From the NCBI GenBank assembly GCA_038870635.1, contig JAVZJR010000004.1, positions 40,406 to 104,405 on the forward strand: a stretch of 64,000 nucleotides of DNA. Reading direction: 5' to 3'. The notes beneath the pieces were generated by a model that ran no database searches, was not told where the DNA came from, and saw nothing but the letters and a program-made list of their open reading frames with translations. The translations under genes and the position numbers were made by a program. This stretch comes from Candidatus Bilamarchaeaceae archaeon (lineage in GTDB: Archaea; Micrarchaeota; Micrarchaeia; Anstonellales; Bilamarchaeaceae). Shown piece by piece: positions 17,585 to 26,973 of the stretch (the stretch's first letter is position 1; the number at the start of each line of letters is the position of its first letter).

Positions 17585-20152
17585 ATGGAGAATCCAAAAG
17601 GTTTATCTAGTGCGGAAGCAAAGAGATTGCTTGAAAAGTTTGGGCCTAATTCTTTACCTGAGAAAAAAAGAAGACCGTTGTGGAAATTGTTTCTTGATCA
17701 ATTTCAAGATACAATGATCATTGTTCTTATTATTGCTGCTATCATTTCTTATCTTCTGGGCGAAGCAACAGATGCATTTCTTATCATTTTTATAGTTTTA
17801 TTAAACGGTGTATTAGGCTTTGTGCAAGAGTATAAAGCGGAGCAAGCATTCAAAGCTTTAAAAGCAATGCTCACGCAAAATGCTCGGGTATGGCGTGATG
17901 GTAAGCTAAAGTCTATTGATGTTAAAGAAATAGTCCCCGGTGATTTGGTACTTTTAGAAGCAGGCGACCGTGTTCCAGCCGATGGGGTTTTTGTTGAAGG
18001 TTTTTCTTTTGCATGTGATGAAGCAATGCTCACTGGTGAATCCGTGCCTGTACATAAAAAGAAAGATGACCGCGTTTTTATGGGAACGACTTGTTTATCT
18101 GGAAAAGGGCATATTTTGGTTGATAAGACAGGTGCTGCTACTGATGTGGGAAGGGTGGCGGAGTTAGTGCAGGAAGTCGAAGAGGAAAGAACCCCATTAG
18201 AAGTTGATTTTGAAAAACTCGGAAAATCTATTGCAATAGGCGTATTGGTCCTTTGTTTTTTTATTTTTGTTGCGGGGGTTCTACATGGTTTTGAAATATT
18301 TGAAATGTTTATAACCTCTATTAGTTTAGCCGTTGCGGCTATTCCTGAAGGCTTACCTGCTGTGTTAACCATAATCTTAGCCGTTGGAGTACAAAGAATG
18401 GCAAAAAGAAAGGCTTTGATAAGAAAATTAAAAGCAGTTGAGACTCTTGGTTGTACTACAGTTATCGCAACAGATAAGACTGGTACACTTACACGAAATG
18501 AAATGGTCGTTAAAAAAATTTATGTGAACAATCGCCTTATTGATGTTGACGGGATTGGTTATACACCAAAAGGCAACTTTTACGAGAAAGGAAAAAAAAT
18601 AACTATCGGTAAAGATGAAGAATTACTTTTAAGGATAGGGCTTCTTTGTAATTCATCATACTTGCGAGATGATGAAAAAAAAGGATGGCATATTATAGGA
18701 GATTCAACAGAAGGGGCTCTTGTAGTGCTTGCAGCAAAGGCAGATATGTGGAAAGACGATGCCTCTAAAAATTTTCCAGAAGTGGCAGTTTTCCCATTTG
18801 ATTCTGAAAGAAAAAGAATGACAACAATACATAAAATTGAGAAAGGACGGGTAGCATATTCAAAAGGTGCGCCCGAATCTATCATATCTGTTTCATCTTT
18901 TATATTAAAAAATAGCAAAAAAGTAAAACTAACACAAAAAGACAAAGAAGAAGTGCTAAACCTTGCAAATTCATTTGCTTCAGACGGTTATCGTGTACTT
19001 GCGTTTGCTTATCGTGAAATTGACCATATCGAACTTTCTGCAGATAAAGTTGAAAAGGATCTTGTATTTATCGGCCTGGCCGCAATGATAGACGCTCCCA
19101 GGCAAGAAGTAAAGGACGCCGTAGCTATGTGTAAATCTGCGGGTATAAAAGTAATCATGATAACTGGCGACCATCCATTAACTGCTAAGAATATAGCTGC
19201 TTATCTTGGCTTTTTTAATGGTAAGATGATGACGGGGGAGCAACTTGATAAAATAGGTGAAGATGAACTTCTTTCCATTGTTGATGAAGTTTCAGTGTAT
19301 GCAAGAGTAAATCCTACTCATAAGTTGCGTATAGTTGAAGCATTGAAAAGAAAAGGACATGTTGTTGCGGTTACTGGTGATGGAGTTAACGATGCACCAG
19401 CACTTAAAAAAGCAGATATAGGAATAGCGATGGGCATTACAGGCACTGATGTTTCAAAAGAAAGTGCAGATATGGTCCTTAACGATGATAATTTCTCTAC
19501 TATTGTTGCTGCTGTTGAAGAAGGTCGTGGCGTTTACGATAACATCAAAAAAACCATCACTTACCTGTTTTCTGGGAATATAGCGGAAGTAGCAATAATA
19601 TTTTTTGCTATAATGCTAGGTTTTCCGCTTCCACTTCTTGCCTTCCAAATACTATGGATAAACTTAATAACTGATGGTCTTCCTGCTCTTGCTTTGGCAG
19701 TGGAACCTATTGAGAAAGATGTGATGAAAAGAAAGCCGAGAAGTAGAAACGAATCAGTATGGAAGGATACCTATTTGTTTATCGTTGAAGCTCCACTTTT
19801 GCTTACAGCTATGTGTCTAGGCATATTCTTTTTTGAGCTTACATACGTAAATGATTTAGTAAGGGCTCAAACAATGGTTTTCACCATGCTTATTATGGGC
19901 GAAAAATTGCTTGCTTTTAGTGTGCGTCATTTAAATAAAACAGTAATTAATGATCTATTCTCAAATAAATGGTTAGTTCTTTTAGTAATCGTAACTACAT
20001 TAATTCATTTTGCTATATTGTACGTTGAAGATTTATCTCATATATTTAAAGTGGTGCCTCTCACTCTGTTTGATTGGGGGCTTATTTTTGTTTTTTCCTT
20101 TATCTTATTTTCTTACATAGAGCTTAGAAAATGGTTGTCTTATAAAAAATAA
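17585..20152 (+). CDS. P-type ATPase, type IIA (Ca2+-transporting-like)
   Basis: TGES, IPEGL, DKTGTLT, KGAPE, TGDGVNDAPALK, WINLITDG. Confidence 0.95.
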   Translation: MENPKGLSSAEAKRLLEKFGPNSLPEKKRRPLWKLFLDQFQDTMIIVLIIAAIISYLLGEATDAFLIIFIVLLNGVLGFVQEYKAEQAFKALKAMLTQNARVWRDGKLKSIDVKEIVPGDLVLLEAGDRVPADGVFVEGFSFACDEAMLTGESVPVHKKKDDRVFMGTTCLSGKGHILVDKTGAATDVGRVAELVQEVEEERTPLEVDFEKLGKSIAIGVLVLCFFIFVAGVLHGFEIFEMFITSISLAVAAIPEGLPAVLTIILAVGVQRMAKRKALIRKLKAVETLGCTTVIATDKTGTLTRNEMVVKKIYVNNRLIDVDGIGYTPKGNFYEKGKKITIGKDEELLLRIGLLCNSSYLRDDEKKGWHIIGDSTEGALVVLAAKADMWKDDASKNFPEVAVFPFDSERKRMTTIHKIEKGRVAYSKGAPESIISVSSFILKNSKKVKLTQKDKEEVLNLANSFASDGYRVLAFAYREIDHIELSADKVEKDLVFIGLAAMIDAPRQEVKDAVAMCKSAGIKVIMITGDHPLTAKNIAAYLGFFNGKMMTGEQLDKIGEDELLSIVDEVSVYARVNPTHKLRIVEALKRKGHVVAVTGDGVNDAPALKKADIGIAMGITGTDVSKESADMVLNDDNFSTIVAAVEEGRGVYDNIKKTITYLFSGNIAEVAIIFFAIMLGFPLPLLAFQILWINLITDGLPALALAVEPIEKDVMKRKPRSRNESVWKDTYLFIVEAPLLLTAMCLGIFFFELTYVNDLVRAQTMVFTMLIMGEKLLAFSVRHLNKTVINDLFSNKWLVLLVIVTTLIHFAILYVEDLSHIFKVVPLTLFDWGLIFVFSFILFSYIELRKWLSYKK

Positions 20153-20170
20153 TGAGTATGGATGGTATAT

Positions 20171-20320
20171 ATGGAAATCGCAGGGCTATGTGGAATATGC
20201 AAAAAACCCGCAAGGGCTTTGATTTCGTGTATGCTATGTGGCAAGTTAGTTTGCGCGCTATGCCATTTCCAAGGTGTGTGTAAGGATTGTAGCAAAGGTC
20301 GCCATCTGAATCAGAGGTAG
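20171..20320 (+). CDS. Small protein with four CxxC motifs (double zinc finger)
   Basis: Not in the ORF track. 49 aa MEIAGLCGICKKPARALISCMLCGKLVCALCHFQGVCKDCSKGRHLNQR; fills the gap between the ATPase and the exchanger. Confidence 0.8.
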   Translation: MEIAGLCGICKKPARALISCMLCGKLVCALCHFQGVCKDCSKGRHLNQR

Positions 20321-20323
20321 AAT

Positions 20324-21274
20324 ATGTTTTTTTTAGATCTTGCGCTTTTGTTGTTTTTTATTTTCGTTCTATCCAAAACGGCAGACTTCGCAGTTGAAAA
20401 CGCCGTAAAGATTTCTAGCTTTATTGGTTTGTCTAAACTTGCAGTTGGTTTGTTTTTAGTTTCAGTTCTTACCACTTTGCCAGAATTCACTGTATCTGTT
20501 TTATCTTCTTTGGCCGGTGCTGGAGAGATCGCAGCCGGTAATGTTTTCGGTTCTGTGGTGACTAATCTTATTCTTGTCTTAGGCTTTAGCGGTTTCCTGC
20601 ACGGTGTAAAATTTAGTAAAAACGAAATAAAAGAAATTTTTATTGCAATATTGCTGATTTTTGCGATTTCAGTTTATGTCTTATTTGGAATTTTTTTGAA
20701 AGATATAACACTAGATTGGATAGAAGGAGTAGGGTTTCTTTTAGTTTTCATTTTTTATTTCACTCATTTTATCAAGAAAAAAAGTAGTGAAAACGATTTG
20801 CACGTTGCAAAAAAAGAAGTTGCATTTTCTTTCATTATTTTTGTTTTTTCTATAATAGGTGTTATTTTGAGTTCAAATCTTTGTGTGGGATATGCATTGA
20901 AGATTGTTGAAGAAAGCAACTTATCCTCTGCTTTTATAGGTCTTACAATAATCTCGATTGGTACATCATTGCCAGAACTTTCGGTGATATTGCAAGCAGC
21001 GAAAAGAAAAGAATATGGTGTTGCTGTTGGGAATAGTATTGGGAGTAGTATCATAAACATAACATTTATACTGGGTGCTTCTTCACTAATCCGACCATTG
21101 GCTCTGCATTCAGTAACTTTGATCATCGGTGTTATATTTTCTATTATCGCTGCAGTTTTTTTGCTTTATTTTGGTGCGCACCGCCAAAATATAAGCAGAG
21201 GAAGTGGTCTAATTTTTCTCCTTTGTTACTTATTTTTCTTAGTTCTTCTTTTTTACTCAAATAACTATCTATGA
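20324..21274 (+). CDS. Na+/Ca2+ exchanger (CaCA, YrbG-like)
   Basis: Two alpha repeats: TTLPEF...GNVFGS and GTSLPEL...GNSIGS; about 10 TM segments. Confidence 0.92.
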   Translation: MFFLDLALLLFFIFVLSKTADFAVENAVKISSFIGLSKLAVGLFLVSVLTTLPEFTVSVLSSLAGAGEIAAGNVFGSVVTNLILVLGFSGFLHGVKFSKNEIKEIFIAILLIFAISVYVLFGIFLKDITLDWIEGVGFLLVFIFYFTHFIKKKSSENDLHVAKKEVAFSFIIFVFSIIGVILSSNLCVGYALKIVEESNLSSAFIGLTIISIGTSLPELSVILQAAKRKEYGVAVGNSIGSSIINITFILGASSLIRPLALHSVTLIIGVIFSIIAAVFLLYFGAHRQNISRGSGLIFLLCYLFFLVLLFYSNNYL

Positions 21275-21338
21275 CAAAAACATAGCATAGTTATATAAAT
21301 AGATTACATAAAACTAATATGCAGTTATGGGTGGGAAA

Positions 21339-23078
21339 ATGAAAAAGCTTATTTTATTTGCTTTCATAGTAGGTATCGCTTTTTTAGTGCTTGGTTGCTT
21401 GCAACAAGACGGTGAAAAGCAAACACAAAATCAAAATAGTGTTCAAGCACCAAAAGTTGTTGTGTTCTATGACCCTGCTAATGATGGGTTGGAGAAATTA
21501 ATAATGGAGAAAACAAAAAATCATTTGCCATCAGTTGCTTTTGATTTTAAGTGCGTTGATTTTACAAAGATTATGTACGGCCAAGCAAGCCAATCAGAGC
21601 AAAAATGTCTTATGGAAGATCAATCCTATCAACAGAATATGGATCTTTTTAACAACCTTCTCCAAAAAAACATGACTGCTGTTATTTATGTAAATAAAGA
21701 CGGAAATTATCTTCCAGTTCAAGTAGCAATCCATCCCCTAACTCTCGCAAAGAATATCTGTTCTTCTTATAACTATACTGAGTGTATCTATTTACCTCAA
21801 AATAAGCAATTAAAAGTTAAGGTTTATGCAAAAAATGCGAACGACATCCAATTTTATTCTCAATTGTTCTCAGTTCTTTCAAATTCTGGTCTTAATCTAG
21901 ACCAAGAGCTCAAAATAGCTGATGAAGATGGCGTGCAATCATTGAAAAAGTCTACTAATGCAAAATTCCTTCCAATAATGTTAATCGAAAATGGAGCAGA
22001 AGACGATAATTTTGTGTTGGATATGTACACTGATTATATAATGCAAAGTTCGTCACTTTTTGAAGCCAAAAAAATAGATGATGGCTATGTTTTCTATCCC
22101 AGGGGAGGCACGGCAGAGTACTATATCGGGGATGAACCTCTTATTGGAGCAAGTGCTTATGTTCCACAAGGAGAAACAAGTACGTATATAGGTATTTTCG
22201 ATGGTTTAAGTTTTGTAGGTGTTTACTTGAATACAACTTACAAAGAGCTCAACAAAAGTGCAGCAAATGATTTAGGTAAAAAAACAAATATTTCTTATTT
22301 ACCAATCTTAGTAATAGAATCCGATAACTTAACTGATAACCAGAAAAAAGTACTTGAGAGTCTTATAGCACAGCCATTACAGATACAAAGTGGTTTGGTT
22401 CTGTATGTTAAGCAAATTGATGGTGTTTATTATGCATATACTTCTCTTTCCTCGCCAGAGCTCTACATAGGAAAGAAGTTAGAGAAAGTTACACTTGATC
22501 TTTATGTCATGTCGCACTGTCCTTTTGGCATACAAATGCAAAAAGCTTTTGTACCGGTAGTTGAGGCTTTTAAGGACAGCGGTCGTTTACAAGTTAATAA
22601 TAAGTTTGTTTATTACACCATGCACGGTGATGAGGAAACAAATGACAATTTATATGAATATTGTGTAGGCGCAAAGGTGCCTGCAAAAGAATGGGATTTC
22701 ATAAAATGTTTTATAGAGAATAATGGCGACGAAAACAAATGTATGCAGAATCTTGGTATAGATAAAAACTTAATAGATCAGTGCGTTAGCGAATCAAAAG
22801 CAAAGTATAAAATAAGCGGTACTTCGTTCCCCATTTATGCAGAAGAAAACCAAAAGTACGGAGTGCAAGGTTCACCTACAGTTGTTTTTATGGGAAAGCA
22901 AGTGCAGTTGAATAGAAGTCCAGAGGCTATAAAAGAGTTTGTTTGCAGTATGCTTGAGGAACCATTGCCAGCAGCATGCAGCGCAAATTTAAGTAATAAT
23001 ATTGTAGCTTATGGTTTTGGTCCTATAGATAGTACTTCCTCGCCCTCTTCTGCTGGATCGGTAGGAAGTTGTGGTTAA
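21339..23078 (+). CDS. Lipoprotein with a C-terminal DsbA/thioredoxin-like domain
   Basis: MKKLILFAFIVGIAFLVLGC signal; LYVMSHCPFG and GVQGSPT (cis-Pro) motifs; internally repeated module. Confidence 0.8.
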   Translation: MKKLILFAFIVGIAFLVLGCLQQDGEKQTQNQNSVQAPKVVVFYDPANDGLEKLIMEKTKNHLPSVAFDFKCVDFTKIMYGQASQSEQKCLMEDQSYQQNMDLFNNLLQKNMTAVIYVNKDGNYLPVQVAIHPLTLAKNICSSYNYTECIYLPQNKQLKVKVYAKNANDIQFYSQLFSVLSNSGLNLDQELKIADEDGVQSLKKSTNAKFLPIMLIENGAEDDNFVLDMYTDYIMQSSSLFEAKKIDDGYVFYPRGGTAEYYIGDEPLIGASAYVPQGETSTYIGIFDGLSFVGVYLNTTYKELNKSAANDLGKKTNISYLPILVIESDNLTDNQKKVLESLIAQPLQIQSGLVLYVKQIDGVYYAYTSLSSPELYIGKKLEKVTLDLYVMSHCPFGIQMQKAFVPVVEAFKDSGRLQVNNKFVYYTMHGDEETNDNLYEYCVGAKVPAKEWDFIKCFIENNGDENKCMQNLGIDKNLIDQCVSESKAKYKISGTSFPIYAEENQKYGVQGSPTVVFMGKQVQLNRSPEAIKEFVCSMLEEPLPAACSANLSNNIVAYGFGPIDSTSSPSSAGSVGSCG

Positions 23079-23087
23079 TCTATATTT

Positions 23088-23417
23088 TTATCTTTCTTTT
23101 TGGATTTTTGTAATACGTATCCATTCATTGATTAATTCGTTCGCATTTCCTATCGAAATAACCATCAATTCTTCGCTTTCTAAACCTTTGTTTAATATTT
23201 CAGCAATTGTTGTTCCCAGCGCTGCATTATTTTCCTCTTTGCATCTATCCAAAAAGTAATCGAAGGCCGGTGCATATTTGTTGAATCTTTTTTTACTCTT
23301 GTCAATAACTTCAACTAATTTTTTTTCATATTTTCCTTGAAGTTTATGGTCACACGTTTTGAATATTGCAACCCATGTTTGTATTGTTTCATATGGTATT
23401 TTTCCTTTTGCCATCAT
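23088..23417 (-). CDS. Hypothetical protein
   Basis: 109 aa with GAGGT SD; helical; last gene of the orphan cluster. Confidence 0.65.
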   Translation of the reverse strand: MMAKGKIPYETIQTWVAIFKTCDHKLQGKYEKKLVEVIDKSKKRFNKYAPAFDYFLDRCKEENNAALGTTIAEILNKGLESEELMVISIGNANELINEWIRITKIQKER

Positions 23418-23443
23418 ATTAATTTACCTCTTATCTTATTTAA

Positions 23444-25351
23444 TTATAAGCTAATATAATTATAAATAAACGCAATGGCGTTGCGTACCCATGGTGGTAA
23501 ATCTTCTTTTTGGAGATGCCATTTGGCCAAAGTTTTATTAATATCTTCGATTAGTGAAACAACCATCTTCGCGGTTTTGTTATCTAGGCCCATTTTTTCG
23601 AGCATATAATTTGTTACCTTATCTTCAATTTCTTTTGGAGTGCCAAAAAAGATTTTACATTTAATACTCGTATTGCCTATTTTTATATCGACTTGAGTGC
23701 CCACTCGTTTTGCTATATCTTTCGCATTAGGTTCTTTTATCACGTAACTTAGCCCACCGTTTTGCAATATTTTATTTGCTTCCTCTCGTGTTATTCTACC
23801 TTTTTTAACTAATTCATTAATAACTGTTGCAGTTAAATAATCTGTATTAGTATGGCCAAGTTGATTAATAGTGGTGGGGCCAATCGCATTTAAGGATGGT
23901 TGATAAACACCTTTGCTATTTTGTAGTGTCATTTCACTGAAAGCATTCAATATTCTCTGATCTTCGAACTCTAAAACCACCTTCATTCCATAATGATATT
24001 CTTGGCCGGGTATTGCTTTTTCTAATTTAATGGTTGAGGGCGTTTCTTTTAAATTTTTTACAAACTCGATAATCTTATTTTTATTTTTTGGTGAAAGATT
24101 TTTTATTGAATTATGCAACTCAACATCGTTAATCAATTCTTCAATATTAAATAATTTTTCTTCTTTACCAATAGTATAATATATCTTTCCATTTTTTGCA
24201 AATACTGTAGCTTCTAGTATGGATGCTTTACTACATATTTTTTTTATATCGTAAATGTCAGTAAGATTATATTTTTTGAATATCTCATTAGCGGATTCTT
24301 CTAACGCTTTATTAATTTCTTGTTTAAGGTTGCTACTACCCAGTATTGCAATTTCATCCCCTATTTGTGTTACTCTTACAACATAGCCTTTATCAGAAAG
24401 TTTTTTCATCGCATTGAAATATACTTCAAGTCCAAGGTCGCCTAATTTTCTATCAACGTTGTTTAAAAGCCAGACCATGCTTTTATCGATTATAAAAATT
24501 TTTGTGTTTTTAGTGGCAAGCATTTCAATAACATCTTTGTTAAGGTTTACCAATTCTTCAAAGTTTTTATTAATTTTAGATAGCATTTCAAATATACTTT
24601 CATCTTTGTAGACTATGCTATTTCGAATTTCTGTAAGATTAGCTCTAACATTTTTGGGTATTTTTTGAACAAATTCGTCTATTTCATTAATTATAGTAGA
24701 GGTTATCTTTTTATTTAAAAGTTTTTGTATCGCGTAATTTGAAAGTGTTTTTTTTAGCCATTTAAAGGCAGGGATCGTGGCACCTAAAATTGCAATTGAG
24801 CCTATAATATAAAGGTTTAATTTATTTTCTGCCATCTCCCATTCCAGCCAGGCATTCATCAATGATGTTGGTAATCCAACGAGGGGAAGCGACTCTGTAA
24901 TATTCTTTATTGTTTCTCTCGATATTATTTGTTCTTTTTTATAACCCAAATAATCATACACTAACTCTTTTGCTTGCTCAATAAATTCTAATGGCTTTGT
25001 TGTTGATTGAATTACAAAATTCTTTATTTCTTCTGCACTTTGCCCAGCGCTTTTTTCGTTTAATTCTTTTATTATTTTGTCTAATTGTTCTGAAGCAGTT
25101 TTGAGGTTTTCTTTGGCGCTAATGAGCTGTATTTTATTTCCTGGCTCTTTTTCTAATTCGTTGATTTTACTGTTATAGTAATTTATAGTATTTTTAAGAG
25201 AATATAAGTAATTTATTGCAAGTATATAGGTGTGTAATTTATTGATTGGCTGTGTATGGTTGTCGTTAGTTTTTTTAATTTGTTGTGGCTGAGGAGTTAT
25301 TCCTTCTATACTTTTTATATTTTTTTCTATTTGACCCTTGTTGGTATTCAT
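23444..25351 (-). CDS. Orphan protein with a hydrophobic hairpin and degenerate GGDEF-like domain(s)
   Basis: IFIIDKSMVWLLNNVDRKLGDLGL...RVTQIGDEIAIL follows GGDEF motif spacing; second partial motif INQLGHTNTDYL. Confidence 0.55.
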   Translation of the reverse strand: MNTNKGQIEKNIKSIEGITPQPQQIKKTNDNHTQPINKLHTYILAINYLYSLKNTINYYNSKINELEKEPGNKIQLISAKENLKTASEQLDKIIKELNEKSAGQSAEEIKNFVIQSTTKPLEFIEQAKELVYDYLGYKKEQIISRETIKNITESLPLVGLPTSLMNAWLEWEMAENKLNLYIIGSIAILGATIPAFKWLKKTLSNYAIQKLLNKKITSTIINEIDEFVQKIPKNVRANLTEIRNSIVYKDESIFEMLSKINKNFEELVNLNKDVIEMLATKNTKIFIIDKSMVWLLNNVDRKLGDLGLEVYFNAMKKLSDKGYVVRVTQIGDEIAILGSSNLKQEINKALEESANEIFKKYNLTDIYDIKKICSKASILEATVFAKNGKIYYTIGKEEKLFNIEELINDVELHNSIKNLSPKNKNKIIEFVKNLKETPSTIKLEKAIPGQEYHYGMKVVLEFEDQRILNAFSEMTLQNSKGVYQPSLNAIGPTTINQLGHTNTDYLTATVINELVKKGRITREEANKILQNGGLSYVIKEPNAKDIAKRVGTQVDIKIGNTSIKCKIFFGTPKEIEDKVTNYMLEKMGLDNKTAKMVVSLIEDINKTLAKWHLQKEDLPPWVRNAIAFIYNYISL

Positions 25352-25413
25352 TTTTTCACATTCTTAAAATTTGTATAAATTCAATACTTCAATATAAATT
25401 TTAAATTTTTGTT

Positions 25414-25716
25414 TTAGGAATTTTCCATTTCTTTTTCATTTCTTATTCCTATCTGAAAATTTAAAATATCCCCATCAATTTTCAAGGTAATTGAGTAGTT
25501 ATTGTTATCTTTTTTCTTAACATTCCAACCAGTATAGGAACATTTTAATAGAAAGCTGCTTATATCTTTTTTAGAATTTTTACTTTCAGATAATACTCTT
25601 TCAACGGCCATATACTGTTTGTAGATAAAAGGGTTCTTTGTTCTTAATTCGTTTAATGATTCCTCTTTCCTACTTTTTGTGCGAATCTTTCCTTTATATT
25701 CCTCTACAACTATCAT
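25414..25716 (-). CDS. Hypothetical protein
   Basis: 100 aa, 2 nt downstream of the kinase-like gene. Confidence 0.55.
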   Translation of the reverse strand: MIVVEEYKGKIRTKSRKEESLNELRTKNPFIYKQYMAVERVLSESKNSKKDISSFLLKCSYTGWNVKKKDNNNYSITLKIDGDILNFQIGIRNEKEMENS

Positions 25717-25718
25717 TT

Positions 25719-26888
25719 TTATCTCTCCTTGGATTTTTTTATTTTTTCTATTTCCTGTGCACCATAACCATCAATAAAATATTTTTCAAAATTATTTTTG
25801 CATTTTTCAGTTAGTGTTGTTAATACTCTTTCTAAACCATCTACTCTATCGCTATAGGGGAGGGGCTCTTCTTTATCATTAAACCAAACATCTTCGAGAC
25901 TTCCTATCATTATTTTTGCTTTTTCGTTTTCATCTTTATAAATTAGCATTTCAAGTGGAGAATCGTGACCTATCCCCTTTTCGTGCATTTTTCGCAAAAT
26001 TACGCCGAGCTCATAAAATATGTCATTAAGAATTTCTTCTTCTAATTCTTTAATCATTTTTGATATCGTTTCACCCTTTTCACTTAATATAGTAAAGTTA
26101 CTTTTTTTAGTGTGTAGAATACTCACTACTTCTTGTGTTGAAAAACCAGCTTCTTTTAGCTTTTCTATTTTATTTATAACAAATGGTTCCCACAGGAGAA
26201 GCCTCTTGATAGAGAACTTTTTTCCGTTTTCCTCCAAGTTGGCCAAGAATCTGAATGTCTCGTTTTCGATTCCAGTAGCGTAGCGTTGATAATTATACGA
26301 TGCGCGATAATTTATTATATTTTGTTTTTTTTCTATTATTTCTTTCATTTGTGCAATCTTTTCATTAGTTAGAGATCCTATACTTGGGGTTTTATAAAAC
26401 TCGTCTAAAAATTTTTCAGATGGGATGGTGTCAAGAAAATTTTTAAAAAATCTGTTATGCTCTCTTGCTAAATTTGAGTTTGGAAAAAAATTAAAACAAC
26501 ATATCGGCTCAACAATTTCTTTAAATGCTATATTACCACCGTTGCTAATATATCGCGCCGTCATCTCCTCTTCATTAATTGTAGTAAAAGCTGATAGTGC
26601 CTTTATCCACAATTTTGTTAAAATAAGATGATGGGCTGGGATAGTTATATTTTTTTCTTCAATTTTTATATAAACTTTACAATCGCTTCTAAAAATTTTT
26701 CCGGCTGTACTTGCTACTTTTAATAATTCTTCTTCACCGACTTTTTTTTCTATATTGCATTTTTTTATTAAATCCTCAAAAATCTCTTTAAACTCATTAT
26801 AGTTTATTATTTTTTTTGGGTATTTAATAATGGGTTTTCTGTTAAAAAGTGCAATTGGGTTATCGTTTTTTTTGAATACACTCAACAC
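25719..26888 (-). CDS. Kinase-like (probably pseudokinase) orphan protein
   Basis: C-terminal ELGVILRKMHEKGIGHD..EMLI...IMIGSLED...FIDGY resembles the Bud32/Kdo/RIO-type C-lobe with degenerate catalytic motifs. Confidence 0.55.
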   Translation of the reverse strand: MLSVFKKNDNPIALFNRKPIIKYPKKIINYNEFKEIFEDLIKKCNIEKKVGEEELLKVASTAGKIFRSDCKVYIKIEEKNITIPAHHLILTKLWIKALSAFTTINEEEMTARYISNGGNIAFKEIVEPICCFNFFPNSNLAREHNRFFKNFLDTIPSEKFLDEFYKTPSIGSLTNEKIAQMKEIIEKKQNIINYRASYNYQRYATGIENETFRFLANLEENGKKFSIKRLLLWEPFVINKIEKLKEAGFSTQEVVSILHTKKSNFTILSEKGETISKMIKELEEEILNDIFYELGVILRKMHEKGIGHDSPLEMLIYKDENEKAKIMIGSLEDVWFNDKEEPLPYSDRVDGLERVLTTLTEKCKNNFEKYFIDGYGAQEIEKIKKSKER

Positions 26889-26940
26889 TATCCCTCCAAA
26901 CCATTATTACTCCTTTTTATACACATTTTTGGTGGTATCG

Positions 26941-26948
26941 TTTATAAA
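26941..26948 (+). promoter_or_regulatory. TATA box for the rps17 operon leader (may be shared with the divergent gene)
   Basis: TTTATAAA about 26 nt upstream of the first paired base of the structured RNA. Confidence 0.55.
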
Positions 26949-26973
26949 TGTTTCTGTTCAAATAAAAAACTCG

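Noticed and set aside
23444..25351. Cas10 / type III CRISPR gene
   Set aside because: No HD domain, zinc finger or GGDD motif, and no neighbouring cas genes or CRISPR array.
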